Below, one piece after another: positions 50,066 through 61,100 of a stretch of 64,000 nt of DNA; position 1 is the stretch's first letter, and each line of letters begins with the position of its first letter. The stretch lies in NCBI GenBank assembly GCA_030671085.1, contig DAOVAI010000001.1, forward strand, positions 3,633 to 67,632. The letters are read 5' to 3'. Source of the stretch: Pseudomonadota bacterium. Its GTDB lineage: Bacteria > Desulfobacterota > Desulfobulbia > Desulfobulbales > Desulfocapsaceae. Made by a program: the position numbers and the translations under genes. A model generated the notes under the pieces. That model saw only the letters and a program-made list of their open reading frames with translations. It was not told the DNA's origin and did not search any database.

Positions 50066-50150
50066 AACAGCAGAATGTCGAACAGGGAATATCGAACGTC
50101 GAAGCCTTTTACTTCGGCAGTTTGATATTTCCTGTTCGTTTTTTGACATT
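50066..50150. repeat. Imperfect palindromic intergenic repeat
   Basis: AATGTCGAACAGGGAATATCGAACGTCGAAG...CTTCGGCAGTTTGATATTTCCTGTTCG...GACATT, between convergent genes. Confidence 0.55.
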
Positions 50151-50305
50151 ATCTTCAGGTTGGAAACAACAATTTTTATATCCAAAACAGTGCATGCATT
50201 ATCTGCCGTGACATTGTGAAAGACAGCCAACAAACAAAAAAACAATACTACGGTCCGATGATGGATGATGCAGAAAAAACCTGACTGGCGTATTGCTGAA
50301 AAAAA

Positions 50306-50752
50306 TCAGCCTTTGGCGATTTCAATGACGGTCACTTCGTAATTGAGAGGATGTCCGGCAAGGGGATGATTATAATCAATGGTAATGTTTTCGTTCTTGA
50401 TCTCGACTATGGTGGCCGGTACCTGGTGGGTGATCCCATCCTGTTCAACATTCATGGAAAGGGTCAACCCCACCTTTGCCTCTATCTTGTTGTTGAACTT
50501 TTCCTGCGGAATGATCTGCAGAAGATCACCGCGGCGGATACCATATTCACCTTCTTCAGGCTCTATGCGTATCTTGCGCATCTCCCCAATCTGCATGCCC
50601 CTCAGGCTGCGCTGTATGGCTTTGGGGGTGTCTTTTCCTCCCATTGTAATGACCCTCGGGGCTGACTCTTCCACGGTTTCGAAGACTGTTCCATTATCAA
50701 GAGTCCCGATCAGTGTGACAGTTACGGTATCGTTGGCTTCTACCTGTTTCAT
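50306..50752 (-). CDS. FKBP-type peptidyl-prolyl isomerase (short SlyD-like)
   Basis: GTLDNGTVFE, GMQIGE, IDYNHPLAGHPL. Confidence 0.92.
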   Translation of the reverse strand: MKQVEANDTVTVTLIGTLDNGTVFETVEESAPRVITMGGKDTPKAIQRSLRGMQIGEMRKIRIEPEEGEYGIRRGDLLQIIPQEKFNNKIEAKVGLTLSMNVEQDGITHQVPATIVEIKNENITIDYNHPLAGHPLNYEVTVIEIAKG

Positions 50753-50919
50753 AATAAGAACAATGCTCCTGTATAATAAAAGTGGATGGTAAATTTTTAT
50801 TCATTATTTGAGACAAAGCCTTATATTTTAAACGATCGCTCTCTCTTTGGCAATGATTTGCTAAGCTGTTGTGTCATGTTTCCCTCTCCCTTGACCTTGT
50901 TTGCAACCAAAGCTGTTTC

Positions 50920-50948
50920 TTGACAAATCACTGATACAGGCATACATT
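50920..50948 (+). promoter_or_regulatory. Candidate sigma70 promoter
   Basis: TTGACA-17 nt-TACATT upstream of the small ORF and hisI. Confidence 0.65.
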
Positions 50949-51067
50949 GCCCAATTCTTAACTTTTTTAAAAAAGTGTTTGTCACGGCTTGCTTTTGGTG
51001 ATGAGTTGGAAAAAATGAGATCAGTTTTGTTGCAGCGTGTTACTCAAGTGAGCAAACGGAGTGAATT

Positions 51068-51247
51068 GTGAAAGTTGTTTGCGATAAGTATAATGAATCT
51101 ATGGAATCGGAGGAGGCGGAATGTCGTCATCCCGATGATTACTGCACAACCAGGACCGCCTGTTTGATCAATTTTTTAGAAAAAGAACGAAAAAGGGAAC
51201 AGGCAAATAGTGAAAAAAAAAGGATCAGAAGAAAGATTAAAAGCTGA
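51068..51247 (+). CDS. Small 4-Cys protein (59 aa), below the ORF-track cutoff
   Basis: GGAG RBS, GTG start; [41 protein letters not shown]...; stop is 7 nt before the hisI ATG. Confidence 0.6.
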   Translation: MKVVCDKYNESMESEEAECRHPDDYCTTRTACLINFLEKERKREQANSEKKRIRRKIKS

Positions 51248-51254
51248 GGCAGTT

Positions 51255-51638
51255 ATGGTAGAGCTGGATTTTTTAAAAAATAAGGATGGGTTACTTCCTG
51301 CCATCGTTCAGGATGCTGCAAGCGGAGAGATTCTCATGCTGGCCTACATCAATCAGGAATCGTGGGAAAAAACAGTGGAAACCGGTAAGGCCCATTTCTG
51401 GAGTAGGTCGAGACAAAAGTTATGGCTCAAAGGTGAGTCCTCCGGGCATGTTCAGCTTGTTCAGGATATCCTGGTGGATTGTGATGCGGACACCGTAGTT
51501 TTCAAGGTAGAACAGTTAGGTGGTGCAGCGTGTCACAAGGGATACAGGTCCTGTTTTTTTCGTCGAGTTGAAACAAATGAATTACGGACGGTTGGAGAAC
51601 GTGTCTTTGATCCGGCCGTTGTCTATGGAAAGAAATAA
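51255..51638 (+). CDS. hisI: Phosphoribosyl-AMP cyclohydrolase
   Basis: [31 protein letters not shown]. Confidence 0.96.
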   Translation: MVELDFLKNKDGLLPAIVQDAASGEILMLAYINQESWEKTVETGKAHFWSRSRQKLWLKGESSGHVQLVQDILVDCDADTVVFKVEQLGGAACHKGYRSCFFRRVETNELRTVGERVFDPAVVYGKK

Positions 51639-51666
51639 TGCCCTGTTTTTCCTGATAGGCTAACTG

Positions 51667-51807
51667 GTGCCTGTCCCTAAATGGCCTTTTTCTCCTAACT
51701 CTTCGTTGCTCTCAAAATTTAATCCTCGGAATATCATATATATGCCTGCGGTTAAATTCATCGAGCGCCTTGATTTAGAAGAAAAAATCTCATTTATGGA
51801 CGGACAC
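51667..51807. mobile_element. 141-bp MITE-like element, copy 1
   Basis: GTGCCTGTCCCTAAATG...CATTTATGGACGGACAC terminal inverted repeats; flanked by a TAACTG direct repeat; near-identical copy at 62820-62960. Confidence 0.85.
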
Positions 51808-51842
51808 TAACTGGAACGATTTAAAAAAATGTCTTTTGAGAG

Positions 51843-52727
51843 ATGGAGAAAAATATGAAGCAGCTGAAACTCGGCCTCCCCAAAGGAAGTCTTGAAAAAG
51901 CAACTATTGAGCTTTTTGAAAAAGCCGGTTGGCTCATTAAGCCAAAGTCACGGAACTATTTTCCTGAGATAGATGACCCTGAACTTGCCTGTTCAATCTG
52001 CCGCCCCCAGGAGATGTCCAGGTATGTTGAAAGCGGGATGCTTGATGCGGGGATCACCGGAAAAGACTGGACCATGGAAAACCAGTCTGAAGCAGTGATT
52101 GTCAGCGATCTTATTTATTCCAAGGTGAGTAGAAAGCCGACCAGGTGGATTATAGCAGTCAGTGGAGATTCTGATATCACCTGTATTGAAGATTTGGAAG
52201 GAAAAAAGGTTGCCACTGAACTTGTGAACGTGACGAAACGTTTTTTTGCCGAGAAAAAAATCAACGTGAATATCGAGTTTTCCTGGGGGGCTACAGAGGC
52301 AAAGGTCGTCTCCGGGCTTGCGGATGCCATTGTCGAGGTCACGGAAACAGAGAGTACCATCAGGGCCCATGGCCTGCGTATTATCTATGAATTGATGGAA
52401 TCCAACACCCAGTTTATCGCCAATAAGGACGCATGGGATGACCCCTGGAAAAGGGAAAAAATTGAAAATATTGCCATGCTTCTCCAGGGCTCACTCAATG
52501 CAGACAGGATAGTGGGACTGAAGATGAATGTCTCCCAGGAAAAACTTGATAATATAATTGAATTATTGCCAAGTCTCAATGCACCGACCGTTGCCAATCT
52601 TTATCATACAGATTGGTTTTCCGTGGAAACAGTAGTTTCCGAGGATGTAGTCAGGGATTTGATTCCAGCACTGAAAAAAAGCGGTGCAGAGGGGATCATT
52701 GAATATCATCTCAGTAAGGTGATATGA
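51843..52727 (+). CDS. hisG: ATP phosphoribosyltransferase (long form)
   Basis: [36 protein letters not shown]. Confidence 0.96.
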   Translation: MEKNMKQLKLGLPKGSLEKATIELFEKAGWLIKPKSRNYFPEIDDPELACSICRPQEMSRYVESGMLDAGITGKDWTMENQSEAVIVSDLIYSKVSRKPTRWIIAVSGDSDITCIEDLEGKKVATELVNVTKRFFAEKKINVNIEFSWGATEAKVVSGLADAIVEVTETESTIRAHGLRIIYELMESNTQFIANKDAWDDPWKREKIENIAMLLQGSLNADRIVGLKMNVSQEKLDNIIELLPSLNAPTVANLYHTDWFSVETVVSEDVVRDLIPALKKSGAEGIIEYHLSKVI

Positions 52728-53311
52728 AATTCGTTAATATCAAATTTTTGTTGAGCGTTCACAAGCTCTCGCAGCTGCCACCACCTTCGTTGCCTGAGAT
52801 AGCCTTTGCCGGAAGGTCAAATGTCGGCAAGTCTTCTCTGATCAATGTGCTGGTTGGCAGAAAAGCCCTGGTGAAAGTCAGTGGACGACCAGGAAAAACC
52901 CAGGGACTTAACTATTTTGAGATTGATGGATCTGCTTACCTGGTAGACCTTCCCGGCTATGGTTTTGCCAGGGTTTCCAAGGGAATGCAGGATAAATGGC
53001 AGGCCCTCATTACCAGTTACCTGGAAACGCGCTCCACCCTCTGTTGTGTCGTGGTGATCATGGATATACGCCACGGAGCAAAACCTCAGGACAGCCAATT
53101 GATTTCCTGGTTGAAGCAACAGGATATTCCTTTTCTTCCGGTCTATACAAAAGTGGATAAGCTGTCCGGCAATGCAAGGCAAAGAAATGCGGCTGCACTC
53201 GATGCCGGACACACCATTGACTCCAGTCAGAGAATACTTTTTTCTGCAAAAAGTGGTCAAGGCAAGGAAGAGCTGGAGAGAGCTCTTGCATCTTTTGCTA
53301 AAATAGATTAG
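52724..53311 (+). CDS. engB: Ribosome biogenesis GTPase EngB/YihA
   Basis: [23 protein letters not shown]. Confidence 0.96.
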   Translation: MKFVNIKFLLSVHKLSQLPPPSLPEIAFAGRSNVGKSSLINVLVGRKALVKVSGRPGKTQGLNYFEIDGSAYLVDLPGYGFARVSKGMQDKWQALITSYLETRSTLCCVVVIMDIRHGAKPQDSQLISWLKQQDIPFLPVYTKVDKLSGNARQRNAAALDAGHTIDSSQRILFSAKSGQGKEELERALASFAKID

Positions 53312-53423
53312 TTTTTTCCGAACATAGGTAAATATACCTATACTTGGTGACTGTGACTCGTTTACTCGCTTATTCAGTGTCAGTCACGTGTTACAACATG
53401 ATGCATGAAAGGGAGGCTAAGGT

Positions 53424-53711
53424 ATGTCACTTCGCACTGAATGGCCATGCTGGGAAATCATGAAATGTGATGAGTCCCAGGAATGTCCTGCCAAAGAAGA
53501 TTCGGCAAAGCTCTGCTGGGAGATTATCAAGGAAGTTGACAGTCTTTCATTTAATATCTGCAGGGATTGTCTCGTTTACGTCAGTCAGCAGAAAGATTCG
53601 CAATTCAGTGAGGAAGAAATTTTGAGCATCATGGCTCAGAAAGGGGTGAATGTACTGGACGGTAAACAATGTCCTAATTTCAAAAGATGCCCTAAAGAAC
53701 AAAAAAAATAG
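53424..53711 (+). CDS. Small Cys-rich protein (two-CW-type motif)
   Basis: GGAGG RBS; CWEIMKC...CPA...CWEI...CRDCLVY...CPNFKRC. Confidence 0.8.
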   Translation: MSLRTEWPCWEIMKCDESQECPAKEDSAKLCWEIIKEVDSLSFNICRDCLVYVSQQKDSQFSEEEILSIMAQKGVNVLDGKQCPNFKRCPKEQKK

Positions 53712-53774
53712 ATAGAATTGGACAACAAAAGGTACTGCAAGGGATTATGATCGATTTGATCATAATCCCTTTTT

Positions 53775-55568
53775 TTATTGTTCAGATTTGAGAACGGCCA
53801 GAAAGGCCTGCTGTGGAATATCGACATTGCCGACCGTCTTCATCCGTTTTTTTCCTGCCTTCTGCTTTTCGAGTAGTTTTCGTTTCCGACTGATGTCGCC
53901 GCCATAGCATTTTGCGGTTACATCTTTACGCAAGGCGGAGATATTGGTCCTTGCCACAATGGTACCGCCAATGGCGGCCTGGATGGCAATTTTAAACATC
54001 TGTCTTGGGATTTCCTCTTTGAGACGTTCACAGGCGTGGAGGCCCCGGGCCCTGGCCTTGGATCGGTGAGCCAGCTGAGAGAGGGCGTCAACAATCTCTC
54101 CGTTGACAAGGATGTCAAGTTTGACCAAGTCACTTTTGCGATAGTCGTAAAGCTCATAATCAAAAGAACCATAGCCCTGGGTAACTGATTTGAGTCTATC
54201 GTAAAAATCATAGATCACCTCAGCCAGTGGCAGCTCGCAACTGAATTCTATCCTGCCGGGCATTGGATAGTGGTAGTTGGTGTTTTCGCCGCGACGTTCC
54301 ATGCAAAGCGTCATCACCACCCCCATATACCGCTCAGGGATGAGAATAGTGGCCTTGATAAAGGGTTCTTCAACCCTGTCAATATGCATGGGGTCAGGAA
54401 AGTGGGCCGGGTTGTCCACTTCCAGTATAGTCTGGTCTTTGAGATAAAAAATGTATTTAACAGAAGGGACCGTCAAGATCAGCGAGATATCAAATTCTCG
54501 TTCCAGTCTCTCCTGAATGACCTCCAGGTGAAGCAGGCCGAGAAACCCACAGCGGAAACCAAAACCCAGGGCTGCTGAAGTATCTTTCTGGAAGGTGAGT
54601 GCCGCATCGTTGAGTTGCAGTTTTTCCAGGGCTGTTGCCAGATCTTCATATTCATCGGTCGATATGGGATAGATGGATGAAAAGACTACCTGTTGTACCT
54701 CTTTGAATCCTTCCAGGGCCTCAGTGCATGGATTTTCCTTGAGGGTGATGGTGTCTCCGGGGCGGGTGTCGCTGATGTTTTTTACTCCAGCCAGAATATA
54801 CCCAACCTGACCGGCGCTCAAAGATTTGACGGGTTCTCTGGTCACCTTGTATATTCCCACCTCTTCTACCCGGTACTCTGCATTATTGGACATGAAATAG
54901 ATGATGTCATTGGGCTTGACAGTACCGTTCATAATTCTGCAGGAGATGATGGTTCCCCGGAAGGGATCATAGGTTGCATCAAAGATAAGGGCCTGGAGAG
55001 GGGCAAGCGGATCTCCCTGGGGAGGAGGTAGGTGCTTGACGATTGCCTCCAGAATATCTTTCACTCCCTCTCCACTTTTTGCAGAGCAGAGCTGGATTAA
55101 ATCACCATCAAGGCCAAGGTCTTCCTCTATCTGCATGGCCACTTTTTCAGGTTCTGCGGAGGGGAGGTCGATTTTATTGATGACCGGAATGATCTCAAGG
55201 TCGTTTTCCATGGCAAGGTAGAGATTGGCCAGGGTCTGTGCCTCAACACCCTGTGCAGCATCGACCAGGAGTAAGGCACCCTCACAGGAACTGAGAGCTC
55301 TTGAAACTTCATAGCTGAAATCAACATGCCCTGGGGTGTCCACCAGGTTGAGACTGTACTCTTTTCCATCATCAGCAATATAGGGAAGGCAGATGGTCTG
55401 ACTTTTAATGGTAATCCCGCGTTCGCGTTCAATGTCCATAGTGTCCAGCAGCTGGTCTTTAAATTCGCGATCGCTTACTAGTTGACATAACTGAATCATA
55501 CGATCTGCAAGGGTGGATTTGCCATGATCTATATGAGCGATGATTGAGAAGTTACGTATATTTTTCAT
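53775..55568 (-). CDS. lepA: Elongation factor 4
   Basis: IRNFSIIAHIDHGKST, RERGITIK, DTPGHVDF, KCYGGDISRKRKLL. Confidence 0.98.
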   Translation of the reverse strand: MKNIRNFSIIAHIDHGKSTLADRMIQLCQLVSDREFKDQLLDTMDIERERGITIKSQTICLPYIADDGKEYSLNLVDTPGHVDFSYEVSRALSSCEGALLLVDAAQGVEAQTLANLYLAMENDLEIIPVINKIDLPSAEPEKVAMQIEEDLGLDGDLIQLCSAKSGEGVKDILEAIVKHLPPPQGDPLAPLQALIFDATYDPFRGTIISCRIMNGTVKPNDIIYFMSNNAEYRVEEVGIYKVTREPVKSLSAGQVGYILAGVKNISDTRPGDTITLKENPCTEALEGFKEVQQVVFSSIYPISTDEYEDLATALEKLQLNDAALTFQKDTSAALGFGFRCGFLGLLHLEVIQERLEREFDISLILTVPSVKYIFYLKDQTILEVDNPAHFPDPMHIDRVEEPFIKATILIPERYMGVVMTLCMERRGENTNYHYPMPGRIEFSCELPLAEVIYDFYDRLKSVTQGYGSFDYELYDYRKSDLVKLDILVNGEIVDALSQLAHRSKARARGLHACERLKEEIPRQMFKIAIQAAIGGTIVARTNISALRKDVTAKCYGGDISRKRKLLEKQKAGKKRMKTVGNVDIPQQAFLAVLKSEQ

Positions 55569-55949
55569 GTTTGGTCTATAGTTATGGGCAGGATTGTAAA
55601 AAAAAGTGGTGGACGGAGGAATATACAAGCAAAAAACATACTTTTTAGCACAAAAAAGAGAACAATAAAATAGAATTTTGTTGACGCTGTTGGCTATGGT
55701 AACATATCAATGGGATTTAAAAAAACAAATCGTGTCCTGGGATATTCTGATTGCCTTTTCGGGAAACAGGAGTAATAATGTCAAGTTCCGTTCACAGGGT
55801 TTATGACCGTTTTGCCAATATGTCCTTCATGGAAGCGCCTGACCTAAGCAATTCTTTCCAGAAGGTGGCAAGAGCAGGCCTTGGATTAGCTTAGCAGTTG
55901 ATCGAAGCTTCGTGACATTGCTTGTGTGGCTTATTACGAGATAGAGGAT

Positions 55950-56918
55950 ATGAGCTCCAAAAAAAAGAAAGTATCAGAGAAAGCAACAAAGCCCCAGCAA
56001 CATCCTCTGGTTGCCCTGACGGACGATGAGAATCTTCCCACGCTAAGCAACCCTGCATTGCACAGGTATCTTCAGGAAATCAGCCAGTATGAGCTCCTCA
56101 GCCGTGAAGACACCGACAATCTGGCTATTAAATTTCGTGAAAATGGTGACCAGGATGCAGCGTATCGGCTGGTATCTGCCAATCTGCGTCTGGTCGTCAA
56201 GGTTGCCATGGATTTCCAGAAGTATTGGATGCAGAATTTTATGGATCTGATCCAGGAGGGCAATGTTGGTCTGGTTCAGGCAACCAAAAAGTTTGATCCG
56301 TATCGAGGAGTGAAGTTTTCCTACTATGCCGCCTACTGGATTCGTGCCTATATCCTTAAATTTATAATGGATAACTGGCGCATGGTGAAGATTGGAACCA
56401 CTCAGGCACAACGTAAACTCTTTTTTTCCCTGAATAAGGAAAAAAGACTGCTTGAGTCCCAGGGGTTTAAGCCTGAAGTCAAGCTTCTGGCTGAAAGACT
56501 CAGTGTCAAAGAAAGTGAAGTCATTGAGATGAGTCAACGGATGGATAGCTGGGATGTCTCGCTGGAAAGTCCTGTCCGCTCAGATTCTGAAGATGAGCAG
56601 AAAAACTTTATCCCCACCAATGCTCCTGCCATTGAAGATGTCGTTGCCGGAGACGAAATGAAGAATCGTCTTACCGAGTTGCTGACCATCCTCAAAGAGA
56701 AATTGAATGACAAGGAAACAATGATTTTAGAGGAACGATTACTCACCGATGAGCCGCTTACTCTGCAGACCATTGCCGATCGTTTTGGTATATCCAGGGA
56801 GCGTGTTCGTCAGATAGAAGTGAATCTTCTGAAAAAAATGAAAAAGTATCTCGAGATTGAGATGCCTGATATTGTAGATTTTTTTGACGGAAAACGAATG
56901 ATTCAAAAGGGTGGCTGA
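55950..56918 (+). CDS. rpoH: RNA polymerase sigma factor, RpoH/sigma32-like
   Basis: ANLRLVVKVA, DLIQEGNVGL, VKIGTTQAQRKLFFSL (RpoH box-like), SRERVRQIE. Confidence 0.88.
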   Translation: MSSKKKKVSEKATKPQQHPLVALTDDENLPTLSNPALHRYLQEISQYELLSREDTDNLAIKFRENGDQDAAYRLVSANLRLVVKVAMDFQKYWMQNFMDLIQEGNVGLVQATKKFDPYRGVKFSYYAAYWIRAYILKFIMDNWRMVKIGTTQAQRKLFFSLNKEKRLLESQGFKPEVKLLAERLSVKESEVIEMSQRMDSWDVSLESPVRSDSEDEQKNFIPTNAPAIEDVVAGDEMKNRLTELLTILKEKLNDKETMILEERLLTDEPLTLQTIADRFGISRERVRQIEVNLLKKMKKYLEIEMPDIVDFFDGKRMIQKGG

Positions 56919-56979
56919 AAAAACAGCTCAACTCTTTATATTGGTGATATAATTTTTAGTTTTTAAGAGATTGTCTTTT

Positions 56980-58158
56980 ATGAAAGTTCCATTATTAGAT
57001 CTCGGTACGCAACTGGAGTCTTTTCGAGACGATATTGTTGCTGCAGTAACAAAGGTCGTTGATTCAACCACCTATATTCAAGGGCCGGAAGTCGTTTCCC
57101 TGGAAGAAGAGGTGGCATCCTACTGCGGCACCAACCACGCTGTCGGTGTCTCCTCCGGTACCGACGCCCTGCTTGTTTCCTTAATGGCTTTAGGGATTGG
57201 ACCTGGGGATCGTGTTCTCACCACCCCCTACAGCTTTTTTGCGACAATGGGAGTGATCCTTCGCTGTGGAGCATTGCCTGTATTTGCTGATATTGATCTT
57301 CTTTCATACAATATCAATCCCCAGGCAATGGAGGAAATCCTTGCCGCGGATAAAGAAAAGTCGATAAAGGCAATTCTTCCAGTACATCTTTATGGACAGT
57401 GTGCTGATATGGGAGCAATCCTTGCCCTTGCAGAACAGTATGGTGTTCCTGTGATCGAGGATGCTGCTCAGGCCATCGGCGCAGAGTATCCCGATCCATC
57501 CAGTGGCAAGTGGAAAAAGAGTGGTGCACTGGGCCTCGCCGGCTGTTTTTCTTTTTTCCCCAGTAAAAATCTAGGTGGTATAGGTGATGGAGGAATGGTG
57601 GTCACCAATGATACAGCCTTTGCCGACCTGTTGCGCATGCTCCGTAATCATGGTGCGGAACCCAAATATTACCATACCAGGATAGGGGGAAATTTTCGTC
57701 TTGATCCTATCCAGGCCACCGTCCTTCGCATCAAACTCCAACACCTTGAACAGTGGCATGGAGACAGAAGGAAAAATGCAGCTCGTTATGGTGAACTCTT
57801 TTCCAGGACAGCTCTTGTTCAGGACAAACGAGTAATTCTGCCGACTCCAGTCTATCATGAGCAGGCAGTAGCGGCAGGCGGCAGCAAAAATTATCATATA
57901 TACAACCAGTATATTATTCGTGTCAGTGATCGCGATGCGTTGATGGAATGGCTGCGTTCCCATGATATAGGTTGTGAGATCTATTATCCCCTTGCCCTGC
58001 ACGAACAGGAATGTCTGCAAGGGCTGATGGATATTGATACCTTCCCCAACGCAGAAAAAGCTGCCAGGTCCACTCTTGCCTTGCCGATTTACCCGGAACT
58101 TACCCCTGCAATGCAGGAGTACGTCGTTGAAAAAATAGTCGCATTCCATATGCGTTGA
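56980..58158 (+). CDS. DegT/DnrJ/EryC1/StrS PLP-dependent sugar aminotransferase
   Basis: SSGTDAL, VHLYGQ, IEDAAQA, SFFPSKNLG, GDGG, LALPIYP. Confidence 0.95.
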   Translation: MKVPLLDLGTQLESFRDDIVAAVTKVVDSTTYIQGPEVVSLEEEVASYCGTNHAVGVSSGTDALLVSLMALGIGPGDRVLTTPYSFFATMGVILRCGALPVFADIDLLSYNINPQAMEEILAADKEKSIKAILPVHLYGQCADMGAILALAEQYGVPVIEDAAQAIGAEYPDPSSGKWKKSGALGLAGCFSFFPSKNLGGIGDGGMVVTNDTAFADLLRMLRNHGAEPKYYHTRIGGNFRLDPIQATVLRIKLQHLEQWHGDRRKNAARYGELFSRTALVQDKRVILPTPVYHEQAVAAGGSKNYHIYNQYIIRVSDRDALMEWLRSHDIGCEIYYPLALHEQECLQGLMDIDTFPNAEKAARSTLALPIYPELTPAMQEYVVEKIVAFHMR

Positions 58159-58189
58159 ATGAACAGTCTATAGTTATTATGACTTTCTG

Positions 58190-61100
58190 ATGCTGCAGTT
58201 CATGCACCTTCATGCCTCATTTTCCACACCTCTAAAAATTGGTGCCTTTGCCATTTTAAAGAGCAGGGATCTTGTTTTCTTTGTCCTGCTCCTCCTCCCT
58301 TCTTTAGTCTCTGCAGAGAACAGTGTTGTCCCTCCAGAGATTGCTCCCGATCATGAAATAGTCTTAAAAGGCGTGCAAGAACAACCCACGTGGATGGTGC
58401 TCTGGGAGAGAGCCCGCGACCAAGCCAGGCTGAGTGAATATGATAAAGCCGCAGCGAATTATGATAAGCTTCTCCAGGAAAAGCCTCAGATAGAGGAGGC
58501 CCTTCGAGAATACGTCCTGGTCCTGATGCACCTGGAGCGATGGGCAGAGGCCACATATGTATTGTATAAGTTGCTGGAGATTGATTCGCTCTCTCCTGAA
58601 TATCAACTTTATGCCGGACGGTTGGCACTGAAACAACAACGTTACGAGCAGGCCTCGGTTTTTTTTGGCTATGTTTACACACTCTCCCCTGATGGTCCTG
58701 ATTCCATTGAGGCCCTGAAGGGCTTGGTCTATGCCATGCAGCAACAGGAACGAAAGGACCTTGCCTATCCATTGATGGAGCAGCTCTACCTGCGAGTTCC
58801 ACATGAAGAAAAATTTATTCGTCAATTGGCTCAGTACAGTCTGCTTCTTGGCCACAGTAAAAAGGGTCGGGATTTTTATCGTATCCTCTTCAATGAGTTT
58901 GAAGGAAAATCACAGGATTTTTTTGCTGCTTCCTCATTATTCGAGGAAACAGAAGATCTGGAGATGGCAGTCCGCTGCTGGCGAGGGTATCTGGAAAGTC
59001 ATTCCTACTATCTCCCTTTTCATAAAAAGTTATCTCAGTATTATCTTACGCATGGGCAGGAACGTTCCGCTCTTCCCCATCTCCTGGTTCGTCTTGCTCG
59101 CAAAGAAGGTAATCCTGAGCTGCTTCTGCAAATTGGTCAAATTTATCTTTACCTCGAAGATCGGCCTGACAAGGCTCTCTATTATTATGAGGAGTATCGC
59201 CAAAAACGTCCCCAGGACAGTGAAGTCGTAAGAGAGATAAAACGAATTCAAGCTGTTCTTGCCAATGACCTGCTGGTCATTGTTGAAAATGAAGGTGCCT
59301 GGCCACTCTGGAGGGATCTTGCCAGGATTACTCCCAACCGTCTCGCCATTTATTCTTCCATGGTTGTGCAGCTTGAAGAAATGGGAAAAGAAAAGGAGCT
59401 GCTTGAAGTCCTGGAGATCATCAACACCCACGATCCTGAGGACCAGGATGTTCTGTTCAAACTGGCACATCTCTATTTCGCAAACGGAAATCTTGCAGCC
59501 AGTGCTGCTGCCCTGGATTCCTTAAAAGAGGAAGCGCGTTCAGGGAAGGAATACTTTTTCCTGCGAGCCGGAATAGAGGAAGGGAAGGGGGCGCTGTCCC
59601 AGGCCCTTACTCAATACAAACGCTATCTTCGGGAGAACCCTCAGGACTACACAATCCTGTTAAAATGTCTTCACCTTTCCGGTGAGTTAGGCCTGATAGA
59701 GGAGCTCGAATATTTTTATCACTTACTTCCTGGGAATGAAGTGAATAAGGCTGTTACGCAAGAGGGGAGTATTAGTTATGGACAGGCCCTGCTCCTTAAC
59801 GGACTGACGTCAACGGCCAGATTATTTAATCGAAAACTCCTTGAACAGCAGGAGTTGGATTCTGTCGCTCTGCAGGCTGTAGAAGAAGATATTGTTCAGA
59901 CTCTTCTCCTTGAAGAAAAAACATTTGAGGCTGAACAGGAAATTATGATTCTTCTTCTGCGAAAGAAAGGGGGAACGTTTCTTGTTACTCAGTTGATCCA
60001 TACGGCACTACTCAATCAAGATTGGGACAGGGCCTGGAAATGGTATGAATTCCTTGTGCTGGAGAGTGATTCGTCAGAAAGGGATTGTGACAGCGATACC
60101 TTTCTGCTTTTCAACGAGAAAATGTCTATTCTCCAGAAATCAGGTCAGCTTGAAGTTGCCATAGAGATGGTGGAAGATTTTCTTCAGGACTCTGCGTCAC
60201 GTTGCAGCGAGGAGAAGGGTAAATGGTTGGACTTGAGGGCAAGACTTGCTGAACTCTACTCTATAAACAGTGAGTACTCTAAGGCAGAAACGCTCATTAA
60301 AACCATTGCTGCCTCATCTCCTGAAATTTTTGAGATGCAGGTCTTGCAAGAGGCCATCAGAGGAAAGATCGCAAAAGATAATTCCCGGGGCCATCTTCTT
60401 GAATTTCTCGCTAGCGCAACTGATGGAAGCATGAGTTCCCTGATGGACACCGCGCTTCTTCTCAAGAGATATGGAGATAATCAGGGAGCTCTCTTTCTCC
60501 TGGAAAAATACCTGGAAGAGGTGCCGAACTCTCTTCGAGCGAGATGGGCCAAAGCACAACTGTTTGCCGCAACAGGTGATGATTTTGCCGCCCTTTCCCT
60601 TTTTCAGGAACTTTCTCAGGATTTTCCCAGTGAAGGGAGTTTTCAACAAAATATTTACCAATTACAGTTTAAACTGGCAAAATTTCAGGAGTTGACCCAG
60701 GAGCTCGCGCCGCAATGGAAGGTGCAGCAGAGGGGGACCGCTCCACTTGTTGAGCATTCCATTCCCTCCGCTATACAATCTATGGAGATAAGGAAGCAGT
60801 TGCTTTTAGCCCGTACATTCTGGGCAGAGAGAAGATGGGACGAGTCTCTGCTGATTTACGAATCCCTGCTGCAGCCTCCTGTTGAGCAGCTGTTTTCTGA
60901 AAGGATCGCCCGGGAAGAGGTGGAGTTGACCCTTCCTCCACAAGAACGAACATTCTGGAATGTTATCACCTTCACCACCCCGCCCGAGCCTGAAAGGTTA
61001 ACAGTGGTCATGAGTCCAGAGTTTATCAGAGAAAACCTTGAAAAACCTGTGGCTTGGATTGCAGCAGAGCTCTATGCTTCATACCGTTGGCAACAGGCAG

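Noticed and set aside
51210-51254. GTG start extension of hisI
   Set aside because: Overlaps the small Cys ORF; ATG 51255 has a GAGG RBS.
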